From: Eledone cirrhosa | Taxonomy: Eukaryota | NCBI GenBank assembly: GCA_964016885.1 | Contig: OZ024742.1 | Span: 185,070,001 to 185,134,000 of the forward strand | DNA: 64,000 nucleotides | Direction of reading: 5' to 3' | In this document: positions 59,101 to 64,000 of the stretch, piece after piece | Layout: each line of letters opens with the position of its first letter | Numbering within the stretch: position 1 is the stretch's first letter | Translations under genes and position numbers: made by a program | The notes under the pieces: generated by a model | Databases searched by the model: none | What the model saw: the letters and a program-made list of their open reading frames with translations, nothing else | What the model was told of the DNA's origin: nothing

Positions 59101-62100
59101 GGGGTAAGTTAAGTTGGGGGTAAGTTAAGTTTGGGTTAAGTTGGGGTTAAGTTAAGTTAGGGTTAAGTTACGTTGGGGTTGAGTTAAGTTGGGGTTAATT
59201 TAAATTGGGGTTAAGTTAACTTTGTGGTTAAGTTAAGTTGGGGTTAAGTTAAGTTGAGGTTAATTTAAGTTGAGGTTAAGTTAAGTTGGGGTTAAGTTAA
59301 GTTGGGGTTAAATTAAGCTGGGTTGAAGTTAAGTTGGGGTTAAGTTAAGTTGGGGTTAAGTTAAGTTGGGGTTAAGTTAAGTTGGGGTTAAGTTAAGTCG
59401 GGGTTAAGTTAATTTGGGGTTCAGTTAAGTTGGGGTTAAGTTAAGTTGGGGCTTATTTAAGTTGGGGTTAAGTTAAGTTGTGGTTAAGTTAAGTTGGGGT
59501 TAAGTTAAGTCGGGGTTAAGTTAAGTCGGGGTTAAGTTAAGTTGTGGTTAAGTTAAGTTGGGGTTAAGTTAAGTTGGGGTTGAGTTAAGTTAGGGATAAG
59601 CTAAGTTGGCTTTAAGTTAAGTTGGGGTTAAGTTAAGTTGGGGTTAAGTTAAGTTGTGGTTAAGTTAAGTTGGGGCTGAGTTAAGTTGGGGTCAAGTTAA
59701 GTTGGGGTTGAGTTAAGTTGGGGTTAAGTTAACTTGGGGTTAATTTAAGTTGGGGTTAAGTCAAATTGGGTTTGAGTTAAGTTAGGGTTAAGTTAAGTTG
59801 GGGTTAAGTTAAGTTGGGGTTAAGTTAAGTTGTGGTTAAGTTAAGTTGGGGTTAAGTTAAGTTGGGGTTCAGTTAAGTTGGGGTTACGTTAAGTAGGGGT
59901 TAAGTTGGGGTTAAATTAAGTTGGGGTTAAGTTAAGTTGGGGTTAAGTTAAGTTGGGGTTAAGTTAATTTGTGGTTAAGTTAAGTTGTGGTTAAGTTAAG
60001 TTGGGGTTAAGTTAAGTTGGGGTTCAGTTAAGTTGGGGTTACGTTAAGTAGGGGTTAAGTTGGGGTTAAATTAAGTTGGGGTTAAGTTAAGTTGGGGTTA
60101 AGTTAAGTTGGGGTTAAGTTAAGTTGGGGTTAAGTTAAGTTGGGGTTAAGTTAAGTTGGGGTTGAGTTAAGTTGGGGTTAAGTTAAGTCGGGGTTAAGTT
60201 AAGTTGGGGTTAAGTTAAGTTGGGGTTAAGTTAAGTTGGGGTTAAGTTAAGTTGGGGTTGAGTTAAGTTGGGGTTAAGTTAAGTTGGGTTTAACTTAAGT
60301 TGGGGTTAAGTTAAGTTGGGGTTAAGTTAAGGTGGGGTTAAGTTAAGTTGGGGTTAAGTTAAGTCGGGGTTAAGTTAAGTTGGGGTTAAGTTAAGTTGGG
60401 GTTAAGTTAAGTTGGGGTTAAGATAAGTTGGGGTTAAGTTAAGTTGGGGTTGAGTTAAGTTGGGGTTAAGTTAAGTTGGCGTTCAGTTAAGTTGCGGTTA
60501 AGTTAAGATGGTGTTAACTTAAGTCGGGGTTAAGTTAAGTTGGGGTTAAGTTAAGTTGGGGTCAAGTTAAGTTGGGGTTAAGTTAAGTTGGGGTTAAGTT
60601 AAGTTGGGGTTAAGTTAAGTCGGGGTTAAGTTAAGTTGGGGTTAAGTTAAGTTGGGGTTAAGTTAAGTTGGGGTCAAGTTAAGTTGGGGTTAAGTTAAGT
60701 TGGGGTTAAGTTAAGTTGGGGTTAAGTTAAGTCGCGGTTAAGTTAAGTTGGGGTTAAGTTAAGATGGGGTTAAGTTAAGTTGTGGTTAAGTTAAGTTGGG
60801 GTTAAGATAAGTTGGGGTTAAGTTAAGTTGCGGTTGAGTTAAGTTGGGGTTGAGTTAATTGGGGTTAAGATAAGTTGGGGTTAAGTTAAGTTGCGGTTGA
60901 GTTAAGTTGGGGTTGAGTTAATTGGGGTTAAGTTAAGTTGGGGTTAACTTAAGTTGGGTTTAAGTTAAGTTGGGGTTAAGTTAAGTTGGGGTTAAATTAA
61001 GTTGGGGTTATGATAAGTTGGGGTTAAGTTAAGTCGGGGTTAAGTTATGTCGGGGTTAAGTTAAGTTGGTGTTAAGTTAACTTGGTGTTAAGTTAAGTTG
61101 GGGTTCAGTTAAGTTGGGGTTGAGTTAAGTTGGGGGTCAAGTTAAGTTGGGGTTAAGCTAAGTTGGGGTTAAGTTAAGTTGGGGTTAAGTTAAGTCGCGG
61201 TTAGTTAAGTTGGGGTTAAGTTAAGATGGGGTTAAGTTAAGTTGTGGTTAAGTTAAGTTGGGGTTAAGATAAGTTGGGGTTAACTTAAGTTGCGGTTGAG
61301 TTAAGTTAGGGTTGAGTTAATTGGGGTTAAGTTAAGTTGGGGCTAAGTTAAGTTGGGGCTAAGTTAAGTTGGGGCTAAGTTAAGTTGGGGTTAAGTTAAG
61401 GTGGGGTTTAGTTAAGTTGGGGTTGAGTTAAGTTGGGGTTGAGTTAAGTTGGGGTTAAGTTAAGTTGGGGTTAAGTTAAGTTAGGGTTAACTTAAGTTGG
61501 GGTTAAGTTAAGTTTAGGTTAACTTAAGTTGGGGTTAAGTTAAGTTGGGGTTAAGTTAAGTTGGGGCTAAGTTAAGTTGGGGCTAAGTTAAGTTGGGGCT
61601 AAGTTAAGTTGGGGTTAAGTTAAGGTGGGGTTTAGTTAAGTTGGGGTTGAGTTAAGTTGGGGTTGAGTTAAGTTAGGGTTAAGTTAAGTTGGGGTTAATT
61701 TAAGTTAGGGTTAACTTAAGTTGGGGTTAAGTTAAGTTGGGGTTTAATTAAGTTGGGGTTGAGTTAAGTTGGGGTTGAGTTAAGTTGGGCTTGAGTTAAG
61801 TTGGGGTTGAGTTAAGTTGGGCTTATCTTAAGTTGGGGTTAATTTAAGATGGGGTTAAGTTAAGTTGGGGTTAAGTTAATTTGGGGTTAAGTTAAGTTGG
61901 GGTTAAGTTAAGTTGGGGTTATGTTAAGTTGGGGTTAAGTTAAGTTGAGGTTAACTTAAGTTGGGGTTAAGTTAAGTTGGGGCTAAGTTAAGTTGGGGCT
62001 AAGTTAAGTTGGGGTTAAGTTAAGTTGGGGTTAAGTTAAGTTGGGGTCAACTTAAGTTGGGGCTAAGTTAAGTTGGGGTTAAGTTAAGTTGGGGCTAAGT

Positions 62101-64000
62101 TAAGTTGGAGTTAAGTTAAGTTGGGGTTAAATTAAGTTGGGGTCAACGTAAGTTGGGGTTAAGTTAAGTTGGGGTTAAGTTAATTTGGGGGTAAGTTAAG
62201 TTGGGGTTAAGTTAAGTTGGGGTTAAGTTAAGTTGGGGTTAAGTTAAGTTGGGGCTGAGTTAAATTGGGGCTGTGTTAAGTTGGGGTTAAGTTAAGTTGG
62301 GGTTAAGTTAAGTTGGGGTTAAGTTAAGTTGGGGTTAAGTTGGGGTTAAATTAAGTTGGGGTTAATTTAAGTTGGGGTTAAGTTAAGTTGGGTTTAGGTT
62401 AAGTTGGGGTTGAGTTAAGTTGGGGTTAAGTTAAGTTGGGGTTAATTTAAGTTGGGGTTAAGTTAAGTTGGGGCTGAGTTAAGTTGGGGTTAAGTTAAGT
62501 TGGGGTTGAGTTAAGTTGGGGTTAAGTTAAGTTGGGGTTAAGTTAAGTCGGGGTTAAGTTAAGTTGGGGTTAAGTTAAGTTGGGGTTAAGTTAAGTTGGG
62601 GTTAAGTTAAGTTGGGGTTAAGTTAAGTTGGGGTTAAGATAAGTTGGGGTTAAGTTAAGTTGGGGTTGAGTTAAGTTGGGGTTGAGTTAATTTGGGGTTA
62701 AGTTAAGTTGGGGTTAAGTTAAGTTGGGGTTAAGTTAAGTTGGGGTTAAGTTAAGTTGGGGTTAAGATAAGTTGGGGTTAAGTTAAGTTGGGGTTGAGTT
62801 AAGTTGGGGTTGAGTTAAGTTGGGGTTAAGTTAAGTTGGGGTTAATTTAAGTTGGGGTTAAGTTAAGTTGGGGCTGAGTTAAGTTGGGGTTAAGTTAAGT
62901 TGGGGTTGAGTTAAGTTGGGGTTAAGTTAAGTTGGGGTTAAGTTAAGTCGGGGTTAAGTTAAGTTGGGGTTAAGTTAAGTTGGGGTTAAGTTAAGTTGGG
63001 GTTAAGTTAAGTTGGGGTTAAGTTAAGTTGGGGTTAACTTAAGTCGGGGTTAAGTTAAGTTGGGGTTAAGTTAAGTTGGGGTCAAGTTAAGTTGGGGTTA
63101 AGTTGGGGTTATGTTAAGTTGGGGTTAAGTTAAGTTGGGGTTAAGTTAAGTCGGGGTTAAATTAAGTTGGGGTTAAGTTAAGTTGGGGTTAAGTTAAGTT
63201 GGGGTCAAGTTAAGTTGGGGTTAAGTTAAGTTGGGGTTAAGTTAAGTCGCGGTTAAGTTAAGTTGGGGTTAAGTTAAGATGGGGTTAAGTTAAGTTGGGG
63301 TTAAGTTAAGTTGGGGTTAAGATAAGTTGGGGTTAAGTTAAGTTGGGGTTGAGTTAAGTTGGGGTTGAGTTAATTGGGGTTAAGTTAAGTTGGGGTTAAC
63401 TTAAGTTGGGTTTAAGTTAAGTTGGGGTTAAGTTAAGTTGGGGTTAAATTAAGTTGGGGTTAAGATAAGTTGGGGTTAAGTTAAGTCGGGGTTAAGTTAA
63501 GTCGGGGTTAAGTTAAGTTGGGGTTAAGTTAACTTGGTGTTAAGTTAAGTTGGGGCTCAGTTAAGTTGGGGTTGAGTTAAGTTGGGGTCAATTTAAGTTG
63601 GGACTAAGCTAAGTTGGGGTTAAGTTAAGTTGGGGTTAAGTTAAGTTGGCGCTAAGTTTAGTGAAGGTTAAGTTAAGTTGGGGTTGAGTTAAGTTGGGGT
63701 TAAGTTAAGTTGGGGTTAAGTTAAGTTAGGGTTAAGTTAAGCTTGGGTTAAGTTAAGTTGGGGTTGAGTTAATTTGGGGTTGAGTTAAGTTGGGGTTGAG
63801 TTAAGTTGGGGTTGAGTTAAGTTGGGGTTAAGTTAAGTTGGGGTTAACTTAAGTTGGGGTTAAGTTAAGTTGGGGTCAATTTAAGTTGAGGTTAAGTTAA
63901 CTTGGGATTAAGTTAAGTTGGGGTTAACTTAAATTGAGGTTAAGTTAAGTTGGGGTTAAGTTAAGTTGGGGGTAAGTTAAGTTGGGGGTAAGTTAAGTTT
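41120..64000 (+). repeat. ~7.15-7.2 kb higher-order unit, three copies (about 41120-54030 containing the 5723-bp duplication; about 54030-61180; about 61180 to window end, truncated)
   Basis: TCGCGGTTAG at 41151, 54045 and 61195 (12894=7171+5723; 7150). GGGCTTATCTT at 47501/54672/61822. AAGCTT at 49418/56589/63739. The same junction occurs at about 54010-54045 and about 61160-61195. Confidence 0.9.
41460..52905 (+). repeat. 5723-bp tandem duplication (41460-47182 and 47183-52905)
   Basis: TTTAGG 41469/47192, TCGCGG 43203/48926, 44622/50345, 45486/51209 and 46013/51736, GAAGGGG 45101/50824, and TTACG 47168/52891 are all offset by +5723. Confidence 0.92.

Larger units (their letters stand above)
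1..64000 (+). repeat. Satellite/minisatellite tandem array, 16-bp monomer TTAAGTTAAGTTGGGG, about 4,000 head-to-tail copies, running off both window edges
   Basis: Every line is the consensus TTAAG-TTAAG-TTGGGG or a 1-3 substitution or small-indel variant of it. Consensus composition is T6 A4 G6 C0. I saw no inversion and no unique sequence. Confidence 0.99.

Noticed and set aside
1-64000. Protein-coding ORFs on either strand
   Set aside because: Each consensus monomer has two TAA codons on each strand, and the 16-bp period rotates them through all frames. Under a TAA=Gln code the + strand would read as a 16-aa repeat, but frequent TTGAG (TGA) variants and uncompensated 1-bp and 5-bp indels break it.
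1-64000. CRISPR array
   Set aside because: There are no unique spacers, the period is only 16 bp, and there is no leader or cas gene. The sequence between G-tracts is itself conserved.
1-64000. Canonical telomerase-synthesised telomere tract
   Set aside because: TTAGGG and TTGGGG never occur as tandem runs, and ordered variant strings are copied in kb blocks, which a short RNA template cannot produce. Only the telomere-like or telomere-derived hypothesis is kept.
1-64000. piggyBac or other transposon insertion at the thousands of TTAA sites
   Set aside because: I saw no non-satellite sequence, terminal inverted repeat or target-site-flanked insert.
1-64000. Synthetic sequence, encoded message or pure sequencing noise
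   Set aside because: Variants recur in identical order at long range and form nested, inheritable patterns, which fits natural satellite evolution and not random base-calling error. Individual perfect duplications could still be assembly artefacts.
1-64000. A single regular higher-order repeat of fixed monomer number, like alpha-satellite HORs
   Set aside because: Marker spacings are irregular (e.g. GGGCTTATCTT intervals 2661, 4337, 4289, 2058, 11785, 12230, 2645, 5723, 7171, 7150). Only local periodicities exist.

Overview
The whole 64 kb window is one uninterrupted, single-orientation tandem array of a 16-bp monomer, TTAAG-TTAAG-TTGGGG (reverse complement CCCCAACTTAACTTAA). That is roughly 4,000 copies, with C almost absent from the + strand. 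I see no genes, RNA genes, transposons or CRISPR array; the consensus carries two TAA stops per monomer on each strand. The information lies in the variant monomers, which act as a barcode. They reveal nested, non-periodic block duplications with offsets of 63, 128, 155, 224, 342, 527, 810, 1638-1814, 3748, about 4300, 5723, 7150-7235, 7672, 12230, 25130 and 37360 bp. Several of these events can be put in temporal order from shared derived variants. The monomer looks like a G-rich, telomere-like composite (TTAGG-like pentamers plus TTGGGG), but the variant-copying pattern points to recombination or template-switch amplification rather than telomerase synthesis. The organism and chromosomal position (telomeric, subtelomeric or centromeric) cannot be determined from this window. 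All offsets were measured by eye from marker variants, and breakpoints are approximate to about one to three monomers.
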